A DNA stretch of 64,000 nucleotides, from positions 57,404 through 121,403 of the forward strand of contig JBCBUK010000013.1 in assembly GCA_039818205.1 (NCBI GenBank). The letters run 5' to 3'. The stretch's first letter is position 1. Each line of letters opens with the position of its first letter. Below the pieces are notes generated by a model. The model was given only the letters and a program-made list of their open reading frames with translations. It had not been told where the DNA came from and did not search any database. Shown here in pieces: positions 1 through 9,644 of this stretch. Source of the DNA: Verrucomicrobiota bacterium. GTDB taxonomy: Bacteria > Verrucomicrobiota > Verrucomicrobiia > Opitutales > Cerasicoccaceae. A program made the translations under genes and the position numbers.

Positions 1-982
1 CCTTGCCGTCACGCGTGAGGACGGCGTTTTTACTTTCAACGTAAATGTCGAGAATGCGGTCGAAATTCGCGATATCCTCATTGTAGGTGATCTCGATTGG
101 GCGCTCGTAAACGGGGTAGTGGTCCTCGCCGAACGGGAGTTTCACCTCGCACATCTCCGCAACGGCATTGGTGTTGATCAGCGCGTTTGGATCGTATCGA
201 TCAAAGACCTGAGCCATCTCTTCGCGGCTCTTCAGGAAAAACTGTTGGCTGTCGTAGCGCATACGTTTTTCCTCATGCAGTTTTGCTCCCGTCTGGATAC
301 AGATGAGGGAGTCGTGCGGCGCCCAGTCACCCGAGTTGACGTAGTGGACGTCGTTGGTGGCCACGACCTTCAAATCAAACTCTGCGGCAAGCTTCAATAG
401 ATCGGGGATGATGCGTTGTTGCTCCTCGATCCCGTGATCCATGATCTCAATGAAAAAGAACTCCTTGCCAAAGAGGTCAACGAACCAACCACAGGCGTCT
501 TTTGCAGCCGCGTAGTCGCCCTTCATCAGGTTTTGCGGAATCACCGCTGCCAAGCAGCCCGAAAAACCAATTAGTCCTTCGGAGTGTTCGGCGAGCTGGC
601 GGCGAGACACTCGCGGGTTGCGATAAAAGCCTTCCGTGTGTCCAAGGCTCACCAACTTGGTCAGGTTTTGGTAACCCTTGAAGTTCCGGGCGAGCAGACC
701 CATGTGGTAGCTTTTCTGCTTGGCCCGCTCTTCATTGACGGTGCCGAGCTCATCTTCAAAAACCATATAGATTTCGCAGCCGAGGAGTGGCTTCACGCCC
801 GCTTTGTCCGCCTTCTTGTAAAAGTCTGCCAGGCCAAACAGCACACCGTGGTCGGTGATCGCGATTGCCTTCTGGCCCAGTTGCGCCGCCTTCTCACAGA
901 GCCGGTCCGTGCGGCTACAGCCGTCGAGCAGGCTGTAGTCGGTATGAACATGTAAGTGGACGAACTCGGGGTCTTTGGACAT
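1..982 (-). CDS. dnaE: DNA polymerase III alpha subunit, N-terminal PHP domain (runs off the window start)
   Basis: Manual minus-strand translation from ATG at 982: [21 protein letters not shown]...AIAITDHG...KPLLGCEIY...[17 protein letters not shown]...VVATNDVHY, the classic DnaE PHP motifs. Absent from the ORF track because it has no stop in the window. Confidence 0.95.
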   Translation of the reverse strand, partial: MSKDPEFVHLHVHTDYSLLDGCSRTDRLCEKAAQLGQKAIAITDHGVLFGLADFYKKADKAGVKPLLGCEIYMVFEDELGTVNEERAKQKSYHMGLLARNFKGYQNLTKLVSLGHTEGFYRNPRVSRRQLAEHSEGLIGFSGCLAAVIPQNLMKGDYAAAKDACGWFVDLFGKEFFFIEIMDHGIEEQQRIIPDLLKLAAEFDLKVVATNDVHYVNSGDWAPHDSLICIQTGAKLHEEKRMRYDSQQFFLKSREEMAQVFDRYDPNALINTNAVAEMCEVKLPFGEDHYPVYERPIEITYNEDIANFDRILDIYVESKNAVLTRDGK

Positions 983-1099
983 AGATCAACCGACAGATTG
1001 AGTGAGCTTATCCGAACAATCAAGGCGAAGCGCTTCACGGGTTATTCACAGGGTTATTCCCAAGGCATCTGGGTTGCGTTTAAGGCCGAATTTTGAATC

Positions 1100-2167
1100 A
1101 TGCCCGCCATGAAGATCTTCCAGTGCGACTCGTGTGGCCAACCACTCTTCTTTGAGAATACGAAGTGCGAGAAGTGCAGTAGTTCACTTGGCTACATTTG
1201 GCGGGTCAATATGCTTAGCGCACTGGTTGAGAAGGGAGACGCTTGGGAGGCTATCGCGAACCCAGAAGCCGAATATCTGTATTGTCCAAACCACGACCAT
1301 GGAGCCTGCAATTGGTTAGTGCCCGCCTCAGCAGCCAATCCCTATTGCCGCTGTTGTGAGCTTAACCGAACGATTCCCAACTTGGAGATTCCCAAGAACC
1401 TGTATGCTTGGCGAAAGCTTGAATCGGCGAAGCATCGGCTAGTCTATAGCCTTTTGCGCCTCGGGCTTCCCGTCGCTGCTAAGAAGGACGGAGATAAGGA
1501 TAGCAAAGGTATCTTGTTCGATTTTCTGGCCGATATCGACGGGGAGGAGCCCGTGCTTACCGGGCACGCCAATGGAGTTATCACGGTAAATGTCGCGGAG
1601 GCCGATTCCGTTCACCGAGAAGCGGCTCGACGCAAAATGGGCGAGCCGTACCGCACTCTGATTGGCCACTTTCGGCATGAAATCGGGCACTACTATTGGG
1701 ACGTCCTGGTCCGCGATGACGAGTCGATACTCGATGAATTTCGAGCCTTGTTCGGTGATGAAACTCAGAACTATAGCGACGCCCTGGAACGCCACTATGC
1801 CGATGGTGCTCCCGACAATTGGCGGGATAATTTTGTTAGCAGCTATGCTTCAAGTCACCCGTGGGAAGATTGGGCGGAGACCTGGGCCCACTATCTGCAT
1901 CTCGTTGATACGCTTGAAACCGCCTATTCGTTTGGAATGTCGCTCGATGCCAATTTGAAACCTCCCGCCGAGCTGAAAATGCAGGCGACATTTGATCCCT
2001 ACAATCAACCGGACTTAGAACCGATATTGAAGGCTACCCTGCCAATCACCTTTGCGGTCAATAGTTTGAACCGCGGGATGGGCCAGCCCGACCTTTATCC
2101 GTTTGTATTGCCGGATCCAGTGCTGAAGAAAATGCGCTTCGTGCACCAACTGATCCAGCCCGAATAG
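1100..2167 (+). CDS. Zinc-ribbon plus putative zinc-dependent metallopeptidase (DUF2248-like)
   Basis: N-terminal CxxC...CxxC clusters, HFRHEIGHYYW (HExxH) and YASSHPWEDWAETWAHYLH motif. Confidence 0.8.
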   Translation: MPAMKIFQCDSCGQPLFFENTKCEKCSSSLGYIWRVNMLSALVEKGDAWEAIANPEAEYLYCPNHDHGACNWLVPASAANPYCRCCELNRTIPNLEIPKNLYAWRKLESAKHRLVYSLLRLGLPVAAKKDGDKDSKGILFDFLADIDGEEPVLTGHANGVITVNVAEADSVHREAARRKMGEPYRTLIGHFRHEIGHYYWDVLVRDDESILDEFRALFGDETQNYSDALERHYADGAPDNWRDNFVSSYASSHPWEDWAETWAHYLHLVDTLETAYSFGMSLDANLKPPAELKMQATFDPYNQPDLEPILKATLPITFAVNSLNRGMGQPDLYPFVLPDPVLKKMRFVHQLIQPE

Positions 2168-2168
2168 C

Positions 2169-3158
2169 TTAGGCTGGTTGGTTCATTGAGATGCAGTGCA
2201 GAGCACCGCCTTCCTCAAGCAGGAGGCGAGAGTCGATGCCAATGATTTCACGGTCGGGAAAGCATTCGCCGAGTTGTTCCAGGCATCGGTTGTCCTTAGT
2301 GGTCTGGCCAAACGTTGGCACCAATACGGCACCGTTGATGATCACGAAATTGGCGTAACTGGCCGGAAGCTCATTGCCGTCTTTGTCGAGCACGGGATCG
2401 GGTAGAGGTAACTCCACCAAATCGGGGAAGCGCTTTTTGAGTATCGCCCGGTTGTCAACGAGCTCGGGTACTTGATCACCAACGACACATACGACCCGAT
2501 CTTCCGCCACGAAACGTGCGAGATTGTCGATGTGCCCATCGGTATCGTCATTGGGTAGTTCGATGGGTAACCAGATTATTTCGTGAATGCCGAAGACCTC
2601 CTGAAAAACACGTGCATAGTCTTCCTTACTTGTGCCTGAATTGCGATTCGGGTTAAGCAAAACAGGGTCAGTCGTGATCATCACACCCTGACCGTTCACT
2701 TCGATGGCGCCGCCCTCCAAAATAAGGCGCTGACTTTCGTGCTTTAGATCCAGGGAATCGGCCACGAGGCGGGGAACACAGTCGTCGAGGTCCCAGGGTT
2801 CAAACTTCCCGCCCCAGGCATTGAAGACCCAATCGGTGACCAGCAAACCAGTGTCCCGGTCGCGGACAAAAATTGGACCGTGGTCGCGACACCAGACGTC
2901 GTTCGTTGGGTGGTCGTGCAGCTCTATGTTGTCCCACACTGCTTTGGCGTTTATGAGGTGCGAACGTATCGCAACGTGAGCCTCGATATCAGCGTTAATG
3001 TGGACTGGTTGAAATCGGCTGACGGTCGCCGCGATCGCGGCAAACTTTTCCGCGATCGCTTCCGACTTTCCGGGCCAGATGTGCGACGATACCGGCCAGG
3101 ACAACCACAAGGCAGCTTGCGGTTCCCATTCGGCTGGTAGACGTCGCTTCTCAGGCAC
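2169..3158 (-). CDS. aguA: Agmatine deiminase (peptidyl-arginine deiminase family)
   Basis: LPAEWEP, WCRDHGP, LEGGAIEVNG, DTDGHID, ASYANF, GGALHCISMNQP motifs. Confidence 0.9.
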   Translation of the reverse strand: MPEKRRLPAEWEPQAALWLSWPVSSHIWPGKSEAIAEKFAAIAATVSRFQPVHINADIEAHVAIRSHLINAKAVWDNIELHDHPTNDVWCRDHGPIFVRDRDTGLLVTDWVFNAWGGKFEPWDLDDCVPRLVADSLDLKHESQRLILEGGAIEVNGQGVMITTDPVLLNPNRNSGTSKEDYARVFQEVFGIHEIIWLPIELPNDDTDGHIDNLARFVAEDRVVCVVGDQVPELVDNRAILKKRFPDLVELPLPDPVLDKDGNELPASYANFVIINGAVLVPTFGQTTKDNRCLEQLGECFPDREIIGIDSRLLLEEGGALHCISMNQPA

Positions 3159-3195
3159 GGATGAAGATTACTCAGAGTCCTTGGACTTCGCCGTC

Positions 3196-4506
3196 CTACT
3201 CTTTATCGGTTACCGCAGCTTCCGCTTTCTTGGCTTCAGCTTCCACCTTCTCCGCAGCGGCTTTAGCAGCAGCATCCGCCTTTGCTTTTTCCTCGGCGGC
3301 CTTCTTCGCTAACTTTTCCTCGGCAGCTTTGGCTCGGGCCAGGGCGTCTTCCTTTTCCTTCGCAATCCGCGCAGCCTCTGCCTTGGCCTTCTTCTCGGCC
3401 TCGGCTTTTGCTTTGCGCGCGGCTTCCATCTTGGCCTTCTTATCGGCTTCCGCTTTCTTGGCCAGCTGCTTTAGGTGCGACTCAATATCGGTTAGCATGC
3501 CGACTTTGGCTTTGCTGGTATATTCGGTTGCATAGCCGAAGACATCCTTGCCTTGGAAGGTGACGCGATGGACATAGCGGCCACCATTGAGGTCGGCGAG
3601 ATAGTCGAGCGTGAACGGCATTCCCGAGGTCATGAGTTCAGTCAGAGCGGCCTCGGTTTCTTCATTGGTTGGAGCCAGAAAGTAGGCGATTTCCGTTGGG
3701 TTGAGTTCGGAAAAGGTAATTTCCTGATTGGATCGGAAGCTCGCAACGAAGGCAGTTGTTGGCAAGAGGTCCGACATCGGAGCAATGGTTTTCACGTTCA
3801 CAGGGATCTTGCTCTGCATGATGGTGACAAGCGCGGCTTGGGCGGAAGCGTTGTTTGGGGCAAGGAGCTTGGCAGCCTCTTGCGGCTTCATTTTACCAAA
3901 GTTGATCTCTTTCTTTGACGTATACTGAACGGTGATCTGCCGGCCTTCGACCGTCAATAGCGGCTCACCACGAGCCGGAACGATGACGACTTCATTTCCG
4001 GTTACATTGACCTTCTGTGAACTGACATTGCCATCGGATTTGATCTTGTTGTCGATGGTTACGCCAATGCCCATCAAATAGCTGAGTGCGGTTTGGCCTT
4101 TGCGATCGCCGGGCAGAAGCGTTTGGGCAATCTTGCGGCGGTTCACGTTGCTGAAATCAATTGGGCTAGCGGTACCAACCGTGAGAATGATTTTGGGCGA
4201 GGCAGGAGTCGCAACCGGCTCAAGGGAAACGGGGATGCCCAAGCCCGAAAGGTAGACCAAAGCGGTTTGAGCACCTTCATTTTTGGGCGCGAACGTGCTG
4301 GCAACTTGTGCTGGGCTCAGGGAGCCCGAATCGGCAGCCTTGGTGGACTTGACCTGGAGCGCAATACTGAGGTCCTGAGGCTTGATCGCCTGCTTTTGGG
4401 AGGCCGCAGCCTTGTCGGCGGCGGTTGCGCTTTGAGGAGCCAAGGCGATAGCGCCGAGGACTAGGGCGAGGGTGATCCCTCCGATAAACGGTGGTAGCTT
4501 TTTCAT
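3196..4506 (-). CDS. Secreted hypothetical protein with four ~55-aa internal repeats and Ala/Lys/Glu-rich TolA-like tail
   Basis: Signal-peptide-like N-terminus, repeated I.F..L.P.E.A..LAP.N...Q.AL..L...GIP unit, AEKKAKAEAA-type tail. Confidence 0.75.
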   Translation of the reverse strand: MKKLPPFIGGITLALVLGAIALAPQSATAADKAAASQKQAIKPQDLSIALQVKSTKAADSGSLSPAQVASTFAPKNEGAQTALVYLSGLGIPVSLEPVATPASPKIILTVGTASPIDFSNVNRRKIAQTLLPGDRKGQTALSYLMGIGVTIDNKIKSDGNVSSQKVNVTGNEVVIVPARGEPLLTVEGRQITVQYTSKKEINFGKMKPQEAAKLLAPNNASAQAALVTIMQSKIPVNVKTIAPMSDLLPTTAFVASFRSNQEITFSELNPTEIAYFLAPTNEETEAALTELMTSGMPFTLDYLADLNGGRYVHRVTFQGKDVFGYATEYTSKAKVGMLTDIESHLKQLAKKAEADKKAKMEAARKAKAEAEKKAKAEAARIAKEKEDALARAKAAEEKLAKKAAEEKAKADAAAKAAAEKVEAEAKKAEAAVTDKE

Positions 4507-4507
4507 A

Positions 4508-5389
4508 TTAATGATCGAGAAAACGTTCGGTTAAGCCGCCGTAGGCGTCGATGCGCCGGTCGCGGAAAAAGGGCCAGATGCGTCGGAAGTCTTCTTGGGC
4601 ATCGAGATCTACTTCTACTACGGAAACCCCCTCCTCGTCGATGCCCATTCGCTGAATGATTTGTCCGTAGGGATTGCTGACGAAGGATTGACCCCAAAAT
4701 TCGGTGTCGCCTTCGGTCCCAACTCGATTAACCGCGACGACATGGCAGCCATTGGCGACCCCATGTCCCTTCTGGACGGTTTCCCAAGCGTTGTGCTGCG
4801 CCTCGCCGAGTGCTTCCTTTTCATCGGGCAACCAGCCAATCGCAGTCGGGTAGAAGAGGATGTCGGCGCCGGCAAGCGCGGTCAAGCGGGCGGCTTCTGG
4901 ATACCATTGGTCCCAGCAGATGCATAGCCCGAGCTTGCCAAACTGCGTATCCCATACCTGGAAGCCAAGGTCGCCTGGAGTGAAGTAAAATTTTTCCTCA
5001 AAACCCGGGTCCTGGGGAATGTGCATCTTTCGATACCTGCCGAGGAGCGAGCCATCGGCGTCGATCACCACCGCGGTGTTGTGGTAGAGGCCAGGTGCGC
5101 GCTTTTCAAAGGTCGGAACGAGAATGACAACGCCAAGCTCTTGGGCGATCTCCTGCATCAGGGCTGTGGTTGGCCCCGGGATCGGCTCCGCGAGATCAAA
5201 ATTCGCGGTATCCTGCGTTCGGCAGAAATACTCGGTGTTAAACATCTCCGGCAAACAGATGACCTGGGCGCCTTGTTTTGCGGCATCAACAATCAACGCT
5301 TTCGCCTTCGCAATATTCTGCGCGGGCTCCGGCAACATCGACATCTGTATGATCCCGACGGAAGTCCGTTGGGGCTTGGGACATGTCAT
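4508..5389 (-). CDS. aguB: Carbon-nitrogen hydrolase, N-carbamoylputrescine amidase
   Basis: Nitrilase triad E (CLPEMF), K (YRKMHIP), C (ICWDQWYPE) and EKFYFTPGD; operonic with agmatine deiminase. Start placed at ATG 5389. Confidence 0.85.
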   Translation of the reverse strand: MTCPKPQRTSVGIIQMSMLPEPAQNIAKAKALIVDAAKQGAQVICLPEMFNTEYFCRTQDTANFDLAEPIPGPTTALMQEIAQELGVVILVPTFEKRAPGLYHNTAVVIDADGSLLGRYRKMHIPQDPGFEEKFYFTPGDLGFQVWDTQFGKLGLCICWDQWYPEAARLTALAGADILFYPTAIGWLPDEKEALGEAQHNAWETVQKGHGVANGCHVVAVNRVGTEGDTEFWGQSFVSNPYGQIIQRMGIDEEGVSVVEVDLDAQEDFRRIWPFFRDRRIDAYGGLTERFLDH

Positions 5390-5477
5390 ACTCTTCAGCG
5401 AAGATTTTTGAGCATCGTGCTGCAAGCCTTGAATCATCATGCGCTTGTTACGATTCGGAGGAATTTTTTTGCGTGCC

Positions 5478-6476
5478 ATGCCCATGGACGCCAGCCAAGC
5501 TCCCCGTGTGAGTGATGCATCCGCACCTTTGAAATGTGGCGTAGCAGGCGTTGGCTACTTGGGCCAGCACCATGCGCGCCTCTACGCAGCGCTGCCGCAG
5601 ACGGAATTGGTGGGCGTATTTGACGTTGATCCCAAACGGGCTGCCAAGATCGCCCAGGAACATGGGGGGCAGGTTTTTGAATCGCTCGACGCCCTCGGCT
5701 CAGCCTGTGATGCCGTGAGTGTGGTGGCACCGACAAACTACCATTGCGAAGTCGCCCAAAGCCTCCTTTCCCACGGCTGTCATTTACTGATTGAGAAGCC
5801 GCTCTGCAGCAGTCTGGAGGAGGCCGAGGTCATCTTAAATGCTGCTCGGCAGGCGCAGCGGATTGTTCAAGTCGGGCACATCGAGCACTTCAACCCGGTG
5901 ATGAGCTTTTTGGAGAAAAATGTGGATAGTCCGCGATTCATCACCTGTGACCGCCTCGCTCCCTTCAAAATGCGTGGATTGGAGGTTGGCGTGGTGCTGG
6001 ATCTCATGATTCACGATATTGGTGTCATCCTACAATTGGTAAAGTCACCGCTCGAGCGCGTAGATGCCGTTGGCGTGGAAGTGCTCACCAAGACGGAGGA
6101 CATTGCGAACGCCCGGTTGACATTCGCGAACGGCTGTGTCGCCAATATCAATACCAGCCGGGTCAGTTTAAAGGCCGTGCGGGAGATTCGAGTCTTCCAA
6201 CCGAATGCCTACCTCTCCCTGAATTTTGCTGAACAAAAAGGCCACTTGATCCGCAAGCCGAAGATCGGCAATACCGAGCTCAACATCCCCCATAAGGTTA
6301 AAATTCCGATTGAGAAAGGCGAACCACTTGCCCTGGAACTCGCGGGATTTGCGGAAGCGATCCAACAGCAGTCAGCTCCCAAAGTGGACGCCGAGCTCGG
6401 CAAAACCGCCCTCGAAGTGGCGCTCCAGGTGACGGAAAAAATCAAAGAAAGCAGCCTCAAAGCCTCGCAGTCATGA
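5478..6476 (+). CDS. Gfo/Idh/MocA NAD-dependent oxidoreductase (GnnA-like, possible UDP-GlcNAc 3-dehydrogenase)
   Basis: GVAGVGYLGQHHA Rossmann motif, LIEKP, VGHIEHFNP, DLMIHD; directly upstream of lpxB. Confidence 0.8.
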   Translation: MPMDASQAPRVSDASAPLKCGVAGVGYLGQHHARLYAALPQTELVGVFDVDPKRAAKIAQEHGGQVFESLDALGSACDAVSVVAPTNYHCEVAQSLLSHGCHLLIEKPLCSSLEEAEVILNAARQAQRIVQVGHIEHFNPVMSFLEKNVDSPRFITCDRLAPFKMRGLEVGVVLDLMIHDIGVILQLVKSPLERVDAVGVEVLTKTEDIANARLTFANGCVANINTSRVSLKAVREIRVFQPNAYLSLNFAEQKGHLIRKPKIGNTELNIPHKVKIPIEKGEPLALELAGFAEAIQQQSAPKVDAELGKTALEVALQVTEKIKESSLKASQS

Positions 6477-6672
6477 TGAAAGTCGTTCAGTTCGTTTTTC
6501 CGCAAGACTCGCATTCGTCCGCCGCCCGATTGGGGAATGATGCCGGTTTGGATATCATGCTCGAGATTCAACAATCATCATTGAGCGCGGAATTCTCACA
6601 GAGCCTTGACCGTGCCTACCCCCTTTTGGTTGAGGCGCATAACGCCCATTTGCCGGTGGATGTTATTGTTGC

Positions 6673-7848
6673 GTGATGCCGAAGCCAATCACATTGCCGA
6701 GGCCCTCTCAGCGACCGGACCTGCTGATCATTGCTGGGGAGCATTCCGGTGACCACCACGCAGCGGCCATGTTGAAGGACGCCCTTCTTGAGCGGCCAGA
6801 TATGCAGGTTTGCGCTCTCGGTGGCGACGCCCTGAAGCGTTCCGGTGCCCAGGTGATTTTTGACCTTGTGGACCACTCCGTGGTCGGGTTTGCCGAGGTG
6901 CTCAAGCACTATGGTTTTTTCAAGCAGTTGTTCGCGAGCGTGGTCGGATGGATTGCGGAACACCGACCCCGCGCGGTGTGTTTTGTGGACTATCCCGGGT
7001 TCAACCTGCGGCTTGCCGAGCGATTGGTGAAGGATGGTCTCGCCAGGAAGGGAGGGGGAGAGATCGCGCTGCTTTACTACATCAGCCCGCAGATCTGGGC
7101 GTGGAAAGGGCACCGTAGATTCAAGATGGCTAAGCTACTCGATGCCTTGTCCGTCATTTTCCCGTTTGAGGTCGCTTGCTACGAAGACACCGATTTGCCG
7201 ACGGAATTTGTTGGGCACCCCTTCGTTGCTGGGGGTTACCAGCTTAGCCTTGCCCATAACCCGACCGGACCCGTATTGCTGCTGCCCGGTAGCCGGATTG
7301 CCCCGGTTCAGCGGATTTTCCCGGTTCTCGTGGAGTCTTTTCTGGCCTACAGAGCAGGCGATCCTGATCGGCGAGCCATCGCCCTCTATCCGAGCGCCTC
7401 CGTGAAGCAACAACTCCAGACGATACTCGCTGAGGTTTCCGGAGCAGCTGAGGTAATCGACCTCCAACCAGCCGAGACGCCCGTCGAGGCCTCGGCGGTC
7501 TTAACCAGCTCGGGCACAATGTCGCTCCAGGTGGCGCTGGCGGGTATCCCTGGTTGTATCGTTTATCGGGCGCATTGGTGGACCTATTTTCTGGGCAAAA
7601 ACTTGGTCAAGATACCCTATTTGGGTATTGCCAATATTCTGCTCGACCGCCCGGCTTACCCCGAATTCATCCAGGCGGCCGCCGAACCCGGACGACTCCA
7701 AACCGAGCTTCAGCGGCTATTGGCGGATGATAGTGCAGCGACTACAGCTGCCGCAAACACCCAGGAGCTGCGTACACTCCTCGGCGAAGGCAGCCAGAAC
7801 AGCGCGGCCACCTGGCTCCTCGCGCAGATGGATTCACGGTTGATGTAG
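6673..7848 (+). CDS. lpxB: Lipid-A-disaccharide synthase
   Basis: IAGEHSGD, VDYPGFN, YISPQIWAW, IFPFE, FVGHP, LLPGSR, SGT motifs. Confidence 0.95.
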   Translation: MMPKPITLPRPSQRPDLLIIAGEHSGDHHAAAMLKDALLERPDMQVCALGGDALKRSGAQVIFDLVDHSVVGFAEVLKHYGFFKQLFASVVGWIAEHRPRAVCFVDYPGFNLRLAERLVKDGLARKGGGEIALLYYISPQIWAWKGHRRFKMAKLLDALSVIFPFEVACYEDTDLPTEFVGHPFVAGGYQLSLAHNPTGPVLLLPGSRIAPVQRIFPVLVESFLAYRAGDPDRRAIALYPSASVKQQLQTILAEVSGAAEVIDLQPAETPVEASAVLTSSGTMSLQVALAGIPGCIVYRAHWWTYFLGKNLVKIPYLGIANILLDRPAYPEFIQAAAEPGRLQTELQRLLADDSAATTAAANTQELRTLLGEGSQNSAATWLLAQMDSRLM

Positions 7849-7888
7849 ACTGCTTCACCTTGTCTCCATGTCAGTTGCCGGTTGGCAT

Positions 7889-8022
7889 TGCCACCTAGCG
7901 CGCGGCCACTGCCGCGACTCCGATCCAACGGGACGTTGGGAAGCGTTGGGCGTCACCCAGATGGCTGGCGCTGCCACCTAGCGCGCGGCGCCTGCCGCGA
8001 CTCCGATCCAACGGGACGTTGG
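7889..8022. repeat. Two ~51-bp direct repeats (7889-7939, 7972-8022), each with two short hairpins; REP-like
   Basis: tgccacctagcgcgcggc-(cac/gcc)-tgccgcgactccgatccaacgggacgttgg occurs twice; stems cgcggc/gccgcg and ccaacg/cgttgg. Confidence 0.85.
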
Positions 8023-8095
8023 CTGGTGGCTTGACATGCGGGAGAATGTTGGCATTTCTCTGGCTTTTTCAGAACCCGAAATCCTGTTTAGTAAA

Positions 8096-8653
8096 ATGGC
8101 GTCTCCAACCGAAATCCGCAAAGGCCGAGTAATGAATTTCCAAAATGCCCCGCACCTCGTGCTGGAAATGCAACACCGCACCCAGGGGCGTCAGGCTGGA
8201 TTTGTTCAGGTGGTCATGCGCAATTTGAACAACGGCACCTCGACGAATGCGAAATTCCGCTCGACTGATAGCGTTGATTTTTGCCACACCGAAAACAACA
8301 AGCTGGAGTTCTCTTACCTCGATGAGCAGGGGTATCACTTTATGGACACCGAGACCTTCGAGGATTTCATCCTTCCTCCCGAGGTCTGCAATGACATCAA
8401 GCTCTTCTTGGTTGAGACCAACGCTTACGAAATCCTTTTTGTCGACGGAACTCCGGTCGCAGTCAACTTGCCTGCGAGTGTCGAGATGACCGTAGAAGAA
8501 TCCGCTGAAGGCGTTAAGGGTGACACGGCCTCGAACGTGCAAAAGCCCGCTACCATGAGCACGGGCCTCGTCGTTCAGGTACCGCTCTTCATTAAGCCTG
8601 GTGAGTTGATCAAGGTGAAGACTGAAGACCGGACCTACCTGGGCCGCGCCTAG
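8096..8653 (+). CDS. efp: Translation elongation factor P (Arg32 at the loop tip)
   Basis: 185 aa from ATG 8096; FMDTETFE, GVKGDTAS..KPATMSTG..VQVPLFI..GE.IKV.T....Y..RA. Confidence 0.95.
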   Translation: MASPTEIRKGRVMNFQNAPHLVLEMQHRTQGRQAGFVQVVMRNLNNGTSTNAKFRSTDSVDFCHTENNKLEFSYLDEQGYHFMDTETFEDFILPPEVCNDIKLFLVETNAYEILFVDGTPVAVNLPASVEMTVEESAEGVKGDTASNVQKPATMSTGLVVQVPLFIKPGELIKVKTEDRTYLGRA

Positions 8654-8726
8654 GTTTTCCGGGGCCGTTTGAAGATTTTTTACTCTAGGTTTTGCATCCC
8701 GCTGTCGGATGCATTTCAGTAGTTTC

Positions 8727-9569
8727 ATGTCTGATTGGATTGAGTTCAAGGCCTACGAGGAAATCCACTACCACAAGCTTCCCGAAGAGGGTATCGCCAA
8801 GGTAACGATCAACCGGCCGCATCGTCGAAATGCGTTTACGCCCGACACGGTGGCCGAGATGATTGACGCCTTCACCGATGCCCGGGAAGACCCGGACGTC
8901 GGCGTGGTATTGCTCTGTGGGCAGAACCCGCAGACCGACGGCAAGTATGCTTTTTGCTCTGGCGGTGACCAGAAAATCCGGGGCAACCAAGCGGGTGGGT
9001 ATCAAGGCAAAGACGGCGTTCCGCGCCTCAACGTGCTCGACTTGCAACGACTCATTCGCTCGATGCCGAAGGTGGTCATTGCGCTGGTTGCGGGTTACGC
9101 GATTGGCGGCGGCCACGTGCTCCATGTCGTCTGCGACCTGACCATTGCTGCGGACAATGCGGTGTTCGGCCAAACCGGCCCAAAAGTTGGTAGCTTTGAT
9201 GGCGGATTTGGCTCCAGCTACCTGGCGCGTAGTGTCGGGCAGAAAAAAGCTCGAGAGATCTGGTATCTCTGCCGCCAATATAATGCCCAGGAGGCCGTCG
9301 ATATGGGATTGGTCAACAAGGTGGTCCCAGTTGAGCAACTTGAAGCCGAAGGAATTGCCTGGGGACGCGACATCATGCGCCACAGCCCCTTAGCCATTCG
9401 CTGCCTCAAGAGCGCTTTTAATGCCGAGCTGGACGGACAGGCGGGACTGCAGGAACTGGCCGGCAACGCGACTCTGCTCTACTACCTGACCGAACAGGGC
9501 GAAGAAGGTCACCAGGCCTACGTCGACAAACGGAAGCCCGATTTCCGGAAGTATCCTTGGTTGCCGTAG
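8727..9569 (+). CDS. menB: 1,4-dihydroxy-2-naphthoyl-CoA synthase
   Basis: [53 protein letters not shown]. Confidence 0.95.
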   Translation: MSDWIEFKAYEEIHYHKLPEEGIAKVTINRPHRRNAFTPDTVAEMIDAFTDAREDPDVGVVLLCGQNPQTDGKYAFCSGGDQKIRGNQAGGYQGKDGVPRLNVLDLQRLIRSMPKVVIALVAGYAIGGGHVLHVVCDLTIAADNAVFGQTGPKVGSFDGGFGSSYLARSVGQKKAREIWYLCRQYNAQEAVDMGLVNKVVPVEQLEAEGIAWGRDIMRHSPLAIRCLKSAFNAELDGQAGLQELAGNATLLYYLTEQGEEGHQAYVDKRKPDFRKYPWLP

Positions 9570-9644
9570 AAGGGAACCGAACCTGAAACCGATAATGCTT
9601 GCGAGTGAGCCCGCCGATGGCTCTTTTCGTAGGTTAAATTTTTT

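Noticed and set aside
119..1038. ORFs 119-400 (+), 584-955 (+) and 793-1038 (-)
   Set aside because: Shadows or alternative frames of dnaE, which occupies 1-982 on the minus strand
3196..3480. Low-complexity gcc/ttc repeats as a DNA repeat element
   Set aside because: Explained by the Ala/Lys/Glu-rich coding tail
6473..6676. 67-aa ORF bridging the oxidoreductase and lpxB
   Set aside because: Overlaps at both ends are suggestive, but composition is unremarkable and no family is recognisable; unsupported
7889..8022. Possible mini-CRISPR (repeat, 32-bp spacer, repeat)
   Set aside because: The 51-bp repeat is long, there are only two copies, no cas genes or AT-rich leader, and it shares a hairpin with a dispersed REP-like family
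8050..8066. Sigma54-like GG-N10-GC upstream of efp
   Set aside because: Weak match, and a TTGACA is also present; cannot be supported from sequence alone
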